Assembly: GCF_006345805.1 (NCBI RefSeq)
Contig: NC_042999.1
Span: forward strand, 150,350,001 to 150,414,000
DNA: 64,000 nt
Direction: 5' to 3'
Source: Octopus sinensis
Taxonomy: Eukaryota
Under the pieces are notes generated by a model. That model made no database searches, was not told the DNA's origin, and worked only from the letters and a program-made list of their open reading frames with translations. Positions 1-20,007 of this stretch are shown here, piece after piece. Every line of letters begins with the position of its first letter. Position 1 is the stretch's first letter. The position numbers and the translations under genes were made by a program.

Positions 1-1380
1 CTTATTGAGACCCTGGTCAGCCATATAAAGCAGACCTATAATCAAACATTCTCAAATATTTTTTACTTTCATTTTATTTTCAAAGTCTGTCTTGACCTAC
101 ATTATACAATGCATTCCCGTTTTAGGTTTGATGATTACCAATTAACAAAGTTGATCAAAGTGATGAAACCTACGGTTAAATACAATATGTGGACTTGTAA
201 TTGTTATAAATTATATTATACTGGGACAAAGGAGTTGTTGCATGTGAGAGAAAGACTACGTAGAGATACTTTATATGTATTATCTAATTCAGGGTTTTGT
301 GTTCAAATCTTACAATGATCAAATTATAAGGTGAAAATCCTGATCCAATATTGTGCCTCTTACAGGAAAAATATTTCCTTCACCAAATTAACTAGTCCTC
401 TTCAGACCAAACAAGTTGCTAAATGCATCTGATTCAATACTTTTGTCTCTCTTCCTCTTTATATTTTCTCTCTTTTCTTGTGGGTTTTCATCAAAGATGA
501 GCTAACATTCCTAATTCTGAAGGACCATTTCTGTTGAATTTCACATATTGAATACTTTTAGAGATTATGAATCATCAAAAGCTGCTTAACTATTTTCCTC
601 CTGGACTGTGGTGATGGGTAAAAGATGAGGTGATATATTTTAATGAGGTGATGTATTTTATTTTTCCCCCGAGAAAGGAAAACCTATCACAAATTCTCAT
701 TTTCTCTGCTCTATAGATTTGGGGCTTTGTGTTCATATAAATACAAACATAATATAAAACAAAAAATATATATATTATGTAATGATAATGGTATAGAGCA
801 TCGAACTAATTACTTTACAATGTGTGATTTCCTCATTTTGACGTCCCGGTATTGACATCACTTATCATCCTTCCGGGTTCGATAAGTACCAGTGAATTAA
901 CGAGGTTGATATAACCGACTACATCTCCCAACTGAAATGTGGATTCGTTATCTATGTTAGAAATTATTCATTAGGGTAGTGATGAAGATGTCACTTGTAA
1001 TAGAAGCAGTATTTAGTGATACTTTAGATACAGTATCTAATTCTGGATCTTGTGTTTTTGCGTTCAAACCTTGCTATAGTCGACTTATGTGCTGATACAC
1101 GAGCTCGATAAAATAAATTATCAGCATCAGTACCTTTTTTTTTTTTTTAAACCAAAAAGGTGCTTGGTCTTAAGTAAAAGAAATTAGTATCATTATAGTT
1201 TTTAGCAGTCGAAGCATCAAGTTTTTAGCAACAGTAATAGAGCAGAACAGCACATCATCATACGGTATTAGCAACAGCAGCTGTAGTAATAGCAACAGCA
1301 ACTGTAATATTAGCAACAGTAGCAGATATCGTTGTGCAATGCAAACTATAAACCGCTTCTGTTCCCAGAAGCCGTTAGTA

Positions 1381-1674
1381 ATCGACTGTCTGCACATTAT
1401 TTATGTTAATGAGAGCAGCGAACGTCAGCAAGCTAACGCGCATGCTCAATCTCATGCCAATATCTACGGGGCTGCGTCTTTGAAAAGCAAGGGCACCGCA
1501 CCCTGGTAAAGCGGATAGCGACCGGGAAAAAAAATAATAATAATAATTTCTTATAATTTACATTGAAATTCATGCTACATGAACAGGAAATAGGAACGTA
1601 CAGTTAACGTGCTTTATAGTGTTCAAAAAAATCGGTGGATTTCTTTATATACTATTGTTTAATTAAGGGTAAGT
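1381..1674. promoter_or_regulatory. Candidate CpG-rich promoter with a + strand splice donor (possible non-coding first exon of G-beta)
   Basis: Local CpG/GC enrichment at 1381-1530, NRF1-like GCGCATGCTC at 1438-1447, strong donor AAGG|GTAAGT at 1669. Confidence 0.4.
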
Positions 1675-3299
1675 ATGAAGACAGTATGTCTTTCCATAAC
1701 GTCGTGTGGATTTTCCTATTGAATGATCTCTTTTCGCCTTTTTGTTGTTTTATTTATCATAATTTGGAGCCGATCACCTTCCTTGTATCTTTTGTTGTTT
1801 CATTACTAAATTGTTACGTTCTTACACCATTAAATGCATGATTGAAATGTGCATTTCGGTGTCCACTTAGCTTTCAAATTCCTCTTCATATCTGTATGTA
1901 TGTATATATATGTGTATATATCTGATAGAATATGGTTGCCGATAATGCATCAGATGACACACTATACGGGCTGTCTAATCTTGATAATGAATAATTTCCT
2001 CTTCACCATAGCCGTACCACATACATCTGATTGCTTTATCGGCAACCATATTCTTTAAAGACAAAACAAGAATTAACATCCAATTTCGACATCTAATCAA
2101 AATGGTTGTATAATAAAAATGTGTGCCACAGCTAGTTGTTAGCCGCTTATTCTTCATTACATGGCTGCACAGTTGTTACATGCACAATTTTGTCGAGTGA
2201 TATTCATCACACCACACATTAGAAATGGACACACACAGCTTAGATTAACTCGAATTAAACACCAATGTTGTGAAATACAATTTAAATGATATATTTTACT
2301 GTTAAAAAAACATCCTTCGACATTTTTCGATTATTTTAATGTTCCTCGTCTCTTCGCTTCGCCTCGCCTCCAAAAATTCCTCAAATATCCTGATATTTGT
2401 TGCAGACTTTCATTCGATCTTGCATCGCCTGATAGATTATTACTTAAATCAATCACCTGGACCACCTCTTTTTCCTTTCTTATAGACATTAGTTTTCCAT
2501 CCTAGATTTTTTTTAATTTTAATTATCGCATCTATTTCCCCCTTTATACATAATATTTAAAAGAAATGCTTTCATTTCTCAATATCTCACATATCCCTGT
2601 TTTGTTTGTAGTTGTCTTTTTTTTAGTTAAATTCTTTTCATTTCGGTTCAGAATTAATTTAACAGTAAATTAAACAATATAAATTATTTAATTGCTATAG
2701 ACGATCAAGTACATAAGAGTTTTAAAAGCTTCCTCTATTTAACTTAAATTTTATTAGATGTCATGTTGACTTATAAACTGAATTATTTTTCTATAACAAT
2801 AATAATTTTAAAAAACTCCTCATTCTGACAGATTTACTTTGTTTTCTGTGACATTGTCATTGTTTTTACGTTGACTATATTTTTTTTTTTACTGTATATG
2901 GAGCTTTCTTTTTTAAATGTCTGTCTTGGAAATGTCACTTGACAGAAACGAGAATAGCTATACATTTGGTTGTGTATGTAATATATATATATATAGTCAC
3001 TTCTATGTGTGTGCATATACCTCCAGCTATTAATAAAATATGTGTGTATAATATAATATATATAGTACTCTGCAAATAAGCATCGAGTTGTCTTTTGCTT
3101 TTTTTGACTGTTTTAAATTGGAGTGTGTGTGTGTCTGGATGAATATATGTAGATAATTAAGGAAAGAGATTATGAGGAACTCTGTAAATTTATTAAGCTC
3201 TTTTCCATCCAAGAATCGTTTGTTTAGAATGTTTTGTGTAAGTATTGTTGTTGTTGAGGTAACAATACTGAGGAGGTGTGAGCGATGTTTTAAAGAAAA

Positions 3300-3430
3300 A
3301 AAAAAAAACAGTGGTAGAGCAGTAGCAGGCCAGCCAGCAAGTCAGCCACCATTGCTATATTCAACATGGCGAGAGTGGAGAATAATTAATGTCTTCATTG
3401 AGCACCACCTTCGCTCTGACGTAAAATGCC
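3300..3430 (+). promoter_or_regulatory. Candidate second promoter / 5'UTR region of G-beta
   Basis: YY1-type CAACATGGCG at 3362-3371, CRE-like TGACGTAA at 3417-3424. Confidence 0.3.
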
Positions 3431-4647
3431 AATATACACCACTCATTCTTGCTTTTAATTCTCTCCCTTTTAAAGCAATCTTGATGCAATTCTATGCTAA
3501 ATATCTTTTTTGTGGCTATATCGCCAAAACTTTATATATATAAATATAAATATATATTTATAATGTGTGTGTGTGTGTGTAGCTCTGGCGATATAACCGC
3601 AAAAAATATTTTGCATTACATATATATTATATATACGCGCGCGCACACTCATTTATAAGGATATATATTAGTGTCATCAGTTTCGAGCGAATAAACTACT
3701 GTATACATTAAAAATTTCATTTTCCATTTCTACACATTTACTTATGTTTATATATATACAAAATATTTTTGCGGTTATATTTCAATCGTTTTGCACACAC
3801 GCATATATGTCTATACATAAAGATATATAAAGATATATATATATGAGAGAGCGAGAGAGAAATTCATAGATAGGCATTTTTTTCTCCGATTCCATTTTCC
3901 ATTATTCCAAATTACTGTACTTAATATAGTTGTTTCTCAATAAAGATGTTGCTAAAATATTCAGATATTTCCTACGTGAACTAGTTTTTTTTTTTTTTGT
4001 TTTTTTTCTCTCCATCTTATGTCGTCTACTAAATCTTCACTCTGCCTAGATTCCATCCTTCATCGTTATTAAAATTTTGCAATATGTAATATATATATAT
4101 ATATGTATGTATGTATGTATGGGAGATAGAGTAAACTTTTCAACAAAATTAGCTTGTCTAACTTTCATCAAAACGACTCTTCCCATCAAAATCGTCAATC
4201 GTCATTAATGAATCGTAAGTGTTGAAAGCCAAACTTCCGTTTATTTTAGCTCAACACAATTTTCTTATGGCTTGTCTCTAAAATTGTCCAGTCTTTCTCC
4301 ATCGCCAATCTAATTAAAATGTTAGCATTTTTTTTATTTATTCTTTCTCCTCTTGCAATTTTAATGTGTTCTTTTAATCATTTGTTGACAGTGTTACCGA
4401 AAACAGTTAGCTTATAATGAGGTTAATAACGGCTTAGGTTGAGGGAGTGGTCGTAGTAGTAGGATTTTAATTTGTTTCCACCTTATCTATTAGAACATAT
4501 CGACTACACCTTGAATCCAGTCAATTAGCTCGGCTTTTCTCACTTCACTTTCGACGTTTTCCAGGTTTTCACTTCGTTCATACAACTTCTGTTGGAGACT
4601 CATATTTTAAACTTCATTTTTTCAGTGAGATAACAAAAAAATCAACC

Positions 4648-11245
<6,598 letters not shown>

Positions 11246-12033
11246 TGTTTGATGTTTGAAGTCTCATCGTAATCTGCTTCTGCACTGTCTGTTTCTAAGA
11301 GAGTCCACGACCTGCAACCAAATTCCTCCAGTAAACATATGTAACATGTTCTCCGCTACTTGTAGCGTTCTCATGTACATTGTAGGTCAGTTGGCACCTA
11401 ACTTTTCTAACAAATGCTTAATGGACCTCATTCAAACTTTTCAAGAAGGGGAGTTTTCTCCACAAATCATCTCAATTTATATTTGCATCAGACGTCTTGC
11501 TACGTTATTCTGCATGATCCATAGACATTGCTTCTTCCCATTTGCAAAACTGTCTAGTATGCCTTCTTAAAGCAAGTATGGACTTATGGTATTGACAATT
11601 CATACATTTGTTTAAATGTTGGGGGGTGGGGCGTATTATGAAGAAAATAGTATATTTACTAACACTTCAGGTAAGATTTGGTTGTATTACCATAAATTGC
11701 TGGTTGGTGCTGCCACATACCCCTCTTCCTATACCTGATGTTCTGGAGGCCCCCAAATAAGTGTTACTATCCGATCAGAAAAATTTGTATGCAAGAAATT
11801 ACCCTCCCTTTGTTAGCTTGCTAGAAAACATTTTTGGTTCACTGTATCTGTAATTTCCCCTCTCAGTGTAAACTTTTTGTCTTGGGACCATGGTTTGGAG
11901 AAAAAAAATCTTATTGCCATACCATAAAAGGCCATTTAGTGGGGCTATTTGTTTATTCTACATGTCCACTTCAAAACAAAACAACAAAAAAAAGAAAATT
12001 GAAAAACAAAAAAGGAAAAAAATTAAATGTTTG

Positions 12034-12039
12034 AATAAA
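12034..12039 (+). terminator. Proximal candidate polyadenylation signal of G-beta
   Basis: AATAAA about 790 nt after the stop codon. Confidence 0.3.
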
Positions 12040-13554
12040 TGCTGGCTTCTAGCACTTTGTTAAAAGGGAATGTCAAACAATTCCAGCAGAATGTTAAAAA
12101 TTAGAACTTATTTCCCTAAGATATTGACCTTTTATCTCCAACTCTTAGTTGTCAAATGTGGCATCTTTTATGTACATATACTTATTTATGAGTGTCTGGT
12201 TCTCTCTGTGTGTTATGTATGTGTTACATACATGCATTCACACATACACACGCACACACACATTTGTTTAATATACATGCATATTCTTTCTCTCCATGAA
12301 TTTAAAAGGAAAACAGAAAAGCACCAGATATAGTTTTGATTTAGGAAATGTCTGAAATATGCCACTTGTCAACTTCATATCTACTCTTTCTCAATACACT
12401 ATGTTCCTCCTCCTCCAAATGTACTCAAGATCTTTCTTAACTTTTCTTAATTTTAAATTTTTTTTAATATAGACCCCTGGAGGCTGTCATACCTGGCCTA
12501 TGAATGGTTTATTTATTTCCAATGGCTATATGTGATTTGATATATTACACATTTGATAACCCTGTATGATTTTAGTTGTCAGTATATAGAAAATAGTACC
12601 TTGCTGTAAGGAGACAACGATATGACTTGTGCAGCCAATTGTCTAGTGGTCATATCCTGACAGAAATCACTGTCCAGCTGCCGATTACTATTGATGTCTC
12701 CTTTCAAGCATTTATATTTATTTTTTCTTAGTCTTATTTATGTCTTTAGTGTATTAAGTTTGGCCCATCTCCTTTACTTGTTTCTGCACAGCTGCTTTCT
12801 CCTAAATGAGCAAGACACTTTTCAAAAATGGATGTAAACTATTGCTGAATACAGCAACTGGCTAATTATTGAGGTTAACACTTTATTTTTTAAAGTGAAA
12901 CTCTTGGTGTGTTTTGTCAGGCAGAATGTTTGAGTGTGTTTGTGAGAGAGAAAGAGGAAAATATATGTCAGTTTAGTTATTCTAAGGGTATATATTAATA
13001 TCCCTTTAATTTTGATGAATATCACAATTTTGTGTGGTCATTTGTGTGTTTGTGACTGTACGCAAGTAGTAATTGATGACACAAGCCTGTCAGTTTTGAA
13101 ATTTCAACTAATATCTAAAAACTTTCAAAAAGAAATCCCATAAACATGCACTAAGCATATCAACCCTACCCCCTCCCCAAGAAAAATCCCCCCTAAACCC
13201 TCATTAACGATCTTGAGTTGTTGAAGTTCAGCTGGGTATAATGACCTGAGCTCACCACTGCTAGCTGCATTGTCATCTGTGACTATAACTTTGGGAAAAA
13301 CTTTAATCATTAGACCTTTTTAGTAAGTTTATAAGAGCAAAACTGGTCAAATTTTAGATGTTTAAAATTGAAGTACCCTGAATATTTAAAATATTTCACA
13401 GGACAGCAGCCAGCTACGTGGTGGGTCCCGGCGCAGTTGTCGGTTCGGTTGTGTATTTAGCCTTCAAGCTTTCAAACAGCAAAATATGTCAGGAAACACT
13501 AGTCAGTCTAAACTTTTTGTGCAACTCAACAAATGTTGTATAATTGTTTTGTCC

Positions 13555-13560
13555 AATAAA
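13555..13560 (+). terminator. Distal candidate polyadenylation signal of G-beta
   Basis: AATAAA followed by GT/T-rich downstream sequence. Confidence 0.45.
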
Positions 13561-16514
13561 GTTGTATATGTCTATGGATTTGTGCTGGTTTTTCTTCAGT
13601 TACCATTTCAATTTTTATCCTATTTTTCCTAAATTTCACAAGTGTATTTCAGTGAAAAGTTTCTGTTGCTTGTACTTATTGGGCCCTCCAAATAGAGGCT
13701 ATGACACGAATCCTTCTTAATTAGATTGTATCATGCTTTGTTCTGGCAGAAATATACTGGGAATTTTTCTTTTTTTTTTTACTCTACATACTCTATAGCC
13801 GTCAAGTGACATCTCAGTCATGTTTTCCTTCTGTTGGTCAATACAATAATTGTCCAATATATAAACTCTTAAATTATTTTTTCTTTTACCTCCGCCATCA
13901 TGGATTCCATCTGCTTCTAATTTGCTCTTCTAAAAATATCTTTAATTAAAATCAGTTATCTTCAGCAATAACTTATTTATATTGCAGTTTAGGTGGCCTT
14001 ATTATTTTAGGTTATCTAAAATGCTCCTTAGTTATTCTCTGCACTTGGCATTTTTTTTTTCTTTTTGCTTGCAAATTGACAAAAGTGATATTTAGATAAT
14101 GAATTTCTAATATGATAGCTATAACTTTATTTTTCAATTTTCAACAATAATAAATTAATTGCAGTATAGTGTTCTATTCTGTTAACTTTCTATTGAGACT
14201 CTTTTTGGAAGAAACCTTCAATGAAGAACTTGGAAGAATGTAAAATAAAAAGAAATCTTCAGCACATCCCGAGTTCTTATTCCCCAAATCAAAATTGGAG
14301 CCAAAAGGTTTGGTGAAGTATATTTTAGTGTGATATTTCTCTCCTTCACTTCTCACTTCGTCCACTTCATGTGCAGACAAATTGGGTGTTATTTGCCAGC
14401 AACTTTAAACAGCAGTGCTGAGCAAAACCTACTTTTCAGACTTCATTGTATATCCAAGTTTTGGGCTGACATCAATTTTTTTCCCCCTTTACCTGTTGTA
14501 TAAATATTGTATTCCCCTAACTATTGACAAACTTTTGTAGCTTATATAGTTAGAATTTAGAACCTGTTCATTTTGACTCTTGTATTTTGTGTTCAGTATT
14601 CTAATTTTGTTTATGTACATTATATACATTCTATATTTTCCCCCCATATATATATGTATATAATAATATATGTATATATATAATCATTTTTTGTGAAATT
14701 CCAAATGCTGTGTTAAGTTCAAAACTTTGTTTTTTTCCAATTTTAGTAATTTAAGTTTTTTAAATTCTAGTTATCAATACGGGTCATTTTGACTCAATAA
14801 AGACTGAAAGATGAAACACTCAAGTTGTCTGTTTTTATATTTTCACTATGGCAACTGCTTTTATTACTTGTGTTTACTTGTAGTTTTTATTTTCAAATTG
14901 AATTGCAGATTAATTTTATTACTTCCTACATACTTTTAGCTTTTAAAAACTGAACCTTTTGTAAAAATATTAATACTGATTTTATAAACACACAAGCAAG
15001 CAAGAGCAGTGAATTTGGAGAATTTTTCTCCTCCCTTCTTTGTTTATTGTATAGAATTTGTGATTTTTTCATATTTTAGTAACTTATCAAGCTGAGATTT
15101 TGTAGCACTTAGGCTTTAAATGCAGAAACTGGAAAAAAAAAGTTTCTCATTCAGTTTCATAAATGCTGTAAGCTATTTTATTGAGTTTAAAAATCCATCT
15201 TGTTGGTTATAATACTAAAATTTCATTTTATGATCACAACTGGTTGAAACCAGTCAATTTAAATATATTACTGATGTGAGGTATCTTCACACCAGTATTG
15301 TTTTACTTGGGCAATCAATATGCAATGTTTCCATCACTAGATGTTCACTTCATCTTCATATAGAATCAATAATATACATTCAAGACAGGAATGTCTGTAT
15401 TATACACCTCCTACAAAGCATTGCAAACAAGTCTATGTGCAACCTTTCAATCATATGTAGAGATGTGCTACATAAAATCACCCAGTACACTCTGTAAAAT
15501 GGTGGATGTTAGGAAGAGCATCCAGCCAGAGAAACTAAGCCAAATCACGACTGGAGCCTGAGTAGCTACTTCCAAAATGTCCAACCCATGCCAGCATGAG
15601 AAACGGGCGTTAAACGATGTTGGTGTTTATTAAATTCAGATGTACTGAATTATGTTTCAGTTGTGTGTCTATCTTGTTGCTACAAGTTAAGATTCTAATG
15701 ATAGCCATTGCAGTGGTAAGATCTAATCGGAATGCAATGGTTGTTGTTACTTCACACTTGGAGGTGCTACTTGGTTTATCGTAATTTGCACTCAAATCTT
15801 TTTTATCCTGTTTTTTTTTTTTATGTTGATGTATCTGCTAAGTAAAATACACCAGTAAAGTTGTAATACTATTCCTAACGCCAAAGAATCCAACCAAGAA
15901 AAATCTGAGATAGTCTTTTAACCCATTTAAGAGTGCAACAACAACAACCCTGCAAGTGTGGAAAGTAGATGTAAAATTTAACAAAAACTGAGTCAGTTAA
16001 AATATATCAAACAAATCTTGAAGAAAAAAAAATGCTCCATAATTGATTTACAGCTGTTTTCAGAAGACTCAAAAATTCATATTTATTCTGCTACACAGTT
16101 AACTAAATACAATACAAATTTTCAACTTTAATTATGAAGCCTGTCTCCCTAAAATGCTCTTTTCCCACACCTAAGTCCCCACCATATTTTAACTAAGCTG
16201 CAATATTTTTCATTATCACTTTTCTTTTCTGAATAACCAGTGGGTACAGGCATGGCCACATGGTTGAGATGTTTGCTTTGCTGTCATGGTTTCTTGTTCA
16301 CTCACTCTGGACAGTTATCTTAGGCAAGCATCTTCTACCAGGATCCCTTCTCAAACCTTTTACATGAAATTTAGTACATAGAAGTTGAAAGCCCATCAAA
16401 TGGTTGTTTTATTTGGAATCGTTTCTCTCACCCACACTTTCAGAGACCCTGACAAAAGTTTGGGTGTTGCCTCTGATTCTTGATTGAGCCCTAAAGATTT
16501 TAATATAATTTTAA

Positions 16515-16735
16515 CCCTTTAGCATTTAAACCGGCCATATCCGGCCAAAAGTATTCTGCCTGTTTCATGTTCAAACTGGCCATATCTGGTCTCTCACACC
16601 AACCCTACAATATCATCTTAAAAATTAACAGCTACCTCATCAAAATCTCATAGCTACAAGATAAGGCATGATTAATTCAAAACAATGTGGATGAAGAAGC
16701 ATTAATTTTGGCAGAATAGTGCGAACACTAAAGGG
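16515..16735. mobile_element. TTAA-flanked piggyBac-like MITE
   Basis: TTAA|CCCTTTAG ... CTAAAGGG|TTAA. Confidence 0.75.
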
Positions 16736-17081
16736 TTAAATGGTATTATTTATGTTTGTCATGATGGCTCTTTAGCTATATTTGCTCTCCTCATCTATCA
16801 TGAAAGGATTGTGAAATGTAGTTTTAGACCTGCAGTATAAGGGTAATTTGTTCACAATGTATGATCTAGAGTGTATGCCCACACTCCTTGACATGCAAAG
16901 TCTGATGGGTATGAGACAACTTGTAGTAAATGACAATCTATATTTTCCTTCCTGTCCTATTCCTGATTATCCATATATAAAAGAAACCCAAGCTATCAAC
17001 ATTTTAAAGTAACACTGGCACCTAATAACTTAATGTTGATGGTTTGGACAGCCCCTTGCCTTCCTGTATTAGTGATGAAGT

Positions 17082-17252
17082 TTAACCCTTTTAATACCAA
17101 CCAGCCTGAGACCACCCCTGGTTCTATGACAGTGACCTAAATTAAAACCTTCCATCAAAATTTCATGTTAATTTATGTTCTAAATACCAGCTTGAGAAGG
17201 ACAGTTATTTTGATAAATTCTTCACTAGTTTAAAAATTAACTGAAGCAAAGG
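17082..17252. mobile_element. Partial TTAA-type MITE (second family; homologue at 32445-32620)
   Basis: Starts TTAACCCTTT; shares aaattaaaa(c/t)cttccatcaaaat...ttaatttatgttc..aataccagctt with 32445-32620. Confidence 0.6.
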
Positions 17253-18564
17253 AACAGAAATATAAGAAAAAAGATTAAGAATCCTTGATGTAGAACACAG
17301 AAGTATTGCAGTACTCCATTTCATCACTTTCCTTTCTCATGTCAGTCAGTGATATGAGAAGCAAACTGTTTAGCTTTATTGTTGCTCAAAACATTTAAAT
17401 TGCACTCCTCTTCTTATGACATATTAAACAAGTACAGGTACTATTTGAAATCCTTCATTCCTGTCACTATTTTAAGATTAGGGAAGGCATATTATTTATG
17501 TTAGTATTACACCTGCATTATGAGTAGACAGCTTCATACGACTCTAAACTTGCTCCTACTTGATCTTTTCAGCTCTTGAAGAAATTCTGAGGAATAATTT
17601 CATCAAAGAATATATGATCTTTTTTTAATTGGCACAAGGCCACACGTTTGCTAGGTTCTGAGGGTGGAGTTGTTTGAATTGACACAAGTATAAATGATTC
17701 TGAGTGGACAAAAGGTGAAACCAACTTGGTAGGGTTTGAATTTGGGCCAAGACTAAGTACTGTAAAGCATTTAGTCTGGTGCTCTGCCACTTCTGTAAAC
17801 TTACCACCCACTTCTTCAGGTTAATATTGAGATAAGCTACCTGACATTTGTTTTATTCATACATTAGTTATACAAGTCATTTTCTGACGTAAATAACTGT
17901 TACTGTATCCTGAAGTAAACTAGGTTCTCCTCATTTTTGTTGTTTCTAAATTTACTTGAAAAATATTGAGAATTTCATCTGCAGTTTCAGCTATCAATTT
18001 AGCAGTAAACACTAATAACTTCTTGTTGAATTACATTATCAGCAAATCTGACATAATGCATTCAATCTGCATTTTTAGCTGAGGTTATCCTAAGATTTAT
18101 TACTTAAAACATATGCTTCTCATTTTAAATTTGCTGCATTCAATAGATACAGGAATTATACATTTGATCTTCTACTAGCTCCACCATTTCAGTGAAACAT
18201 AAGTTCCTATTTTGATAGAGTGACTTTTATCTATTTAAGTGAAGACTCGAATACATGTATCTAATTTAAACCAGATTGGTGTAGATGTTGGACACTTCAC
18301 TGTGTGCATAACATTAAATTATTATCTGTACTCTAAGATAATGCACAATGTTGGTTTCATTTAAATTTACTAGCAGAAAAACCTGCCCTCTGTGTAGTTT
18401 TCTGCTAAATACTAGATAATATTTGTACATTTGATTTCCAATTTGTGCAATTTTCCTGATATTACATCTGATTTACCCTTGTATCCTAATAGCACTCAAT
18501 AAATAAGCAAGATGGTGTTGGAATTTATGAAGAAACTAAGTATTATTTTAGCCATGTAAAAATT

Positions 18565-18725
18565 GTGGCACGTAAAAAGCACCCACTACACTCGTGGAGT
18601 GGTTGGCGTTAGGAAGGGCATCCAGCTGTAGAAACTCTGCCAGATCAGACTGGAGCCTGGAGCAGACCCCGGTCGAACCGTCCAACACGTGCTAGCGCGG
18701 AAAACGGGCGTTAAACGATGATGAT
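18565..18725 (+). mobile_element. Stand-alone RTE 3'-tail repeat (SINE-like), representative young copy
   Basis: Matches 45590-45766. Other copies at about 15487-15620, 19345-19590(-), 24025-24310(-), 29670-29990(-), 33077-33200(-), 36770-36915, 48336-48560(-), 49150-49293, 54250-54420(-), 56420-56580(-). Confidence 0.85.
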
Positions 18726-19634
18726 ATATACAGGGTAGATTTCATAAATTTGCGTGATAGCAATCTGGAATGCACACCTAGTATATACTGTAAAAGGTCA
18801 TATTGAAAAATTTAAGGTAGGTTTGAACACGTGATTATATAACTAACTTCTTCAGCATTACTTTTCCATCTATATATATATTCATTTTAGTTTTAATAAC
18901 CTATTTAACTACATTTATTTACTATAGTTATATGAACTACAATAACATGAACAGTAAAGGAATTAACTATTGGAGATATATAACAGATTTCAAGTTACAT
19001 TCTTAGGTGTAGGAGAAAGAGAGAAAAGTGAAGTGCTCAGGGAATTCTGTTGATGGGATCAATTGGAACCCTCGTCATCATAACCACCAGAGTGTCAGTA
19101 CCAGACATGACACTACTATAGTGCTAGTACTGAGAAATATTGCACACAATATACCAACACACACATATATATATATCATATGTATATAAATAACAAAGAT
19201 ATACAGGTGTCAAGACACAGTCTTGATATTCAATATTCAAATAATATTGTTGGGGTGTGCAGATTATACTGAATTAGCAAGGTGCCTCAATTTAAGTACC
19301 TAATTCAACTGAATCATATATATATATATATGTGTGTGTCATTATTATCATCATTTAACATCCATTTTCCATGCTAGCATGGGTTCGACCGGGGTCTGGG
19401 AAACCAGAAGGCTGCACCAGGCTCCAGTTTGATCTGGCAGTGTTTCTACAGCTGGATGCCCTTCCTAATGCCAACCACTCCGTGAGTGTAGTGGGTGCTT
19501 TTTACGCGCCGCCGGCACAGGTGCTAGGGGAGGCTGGCAGTGTCCACAATTGGTTGGTGCTTTTTACGTGCCACCGGCACAGAAGCCAGTCAAGGGCACA
19601 GTGTGTGTAGACATTTACATGTTGAAATTATATA

Positions 19635-20007
19635 GGCACATGCATGGCTGTGTGGTAAGAAGGTAGCTTTCCAACTACATGGTTCCAGATTCAGTCCTGC
19701 TACATGGCATCTTGGGCGAGTGACTTCTACTATGGCCTCGGGCCAACCAAAACCTTGTGAGAGGGATTTGGTAGACGGAAACTGAAAGTAGCCCGTTGTA
19801 TATATTTATGTTTGTAACTGTCTCCCCTCTCCCATTGCTTGACAACTGAAGTCCTTGTGTTTACGTCCCCATAACTTAGAGGTTTGGCAGACAGGACTGA
19901 TAGAATAAGCAGCAGGCTTACAAAGAATAAATCCAAGGGTCAATATCTTCAGCTAAAAGTCAGTACTCCAGCATGGCCACAGTCAAATAACTGAAAGAAG
20001 TAAAAGA
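19635..20007 (+). mobile_element. tRNA-head SINE family C
   Basis: GCATGGCTGTGTGGTAAGAAG head with GGTTCCAGATTCAGTCC B-box-like. Other copies at 24420-24575(-), 46520-46680(-), 47500-47790(-). Confidence 0.8.

Noticed and set aside
1170-1397. Leu-rich minus ORF / CAG-like repeat
   Set aside because: Degenerate AGCAACAG-CTGTA minisatellite; no coding evidence
3665-3695. Other CTGATGA and GAAA co-occurrences (also 46787, 47329, 23698)
   Set aside because: No room for stems II/III, or wrong order of core elements
14174-14410. Minus-strand ORF (SAHEVDEVRSEGEKYHTKIYFTKPFG...) as a possible terminal exon
   Set aside because: No recognisable homology, weak acceptor, and no partner exons found
17920-18070. 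Minus-strand YVRFADNVI...IAETADEIL resembling an RT FADD motif
   Set aside because: Too short and degraded to call; possibly an ancient LINE scrap
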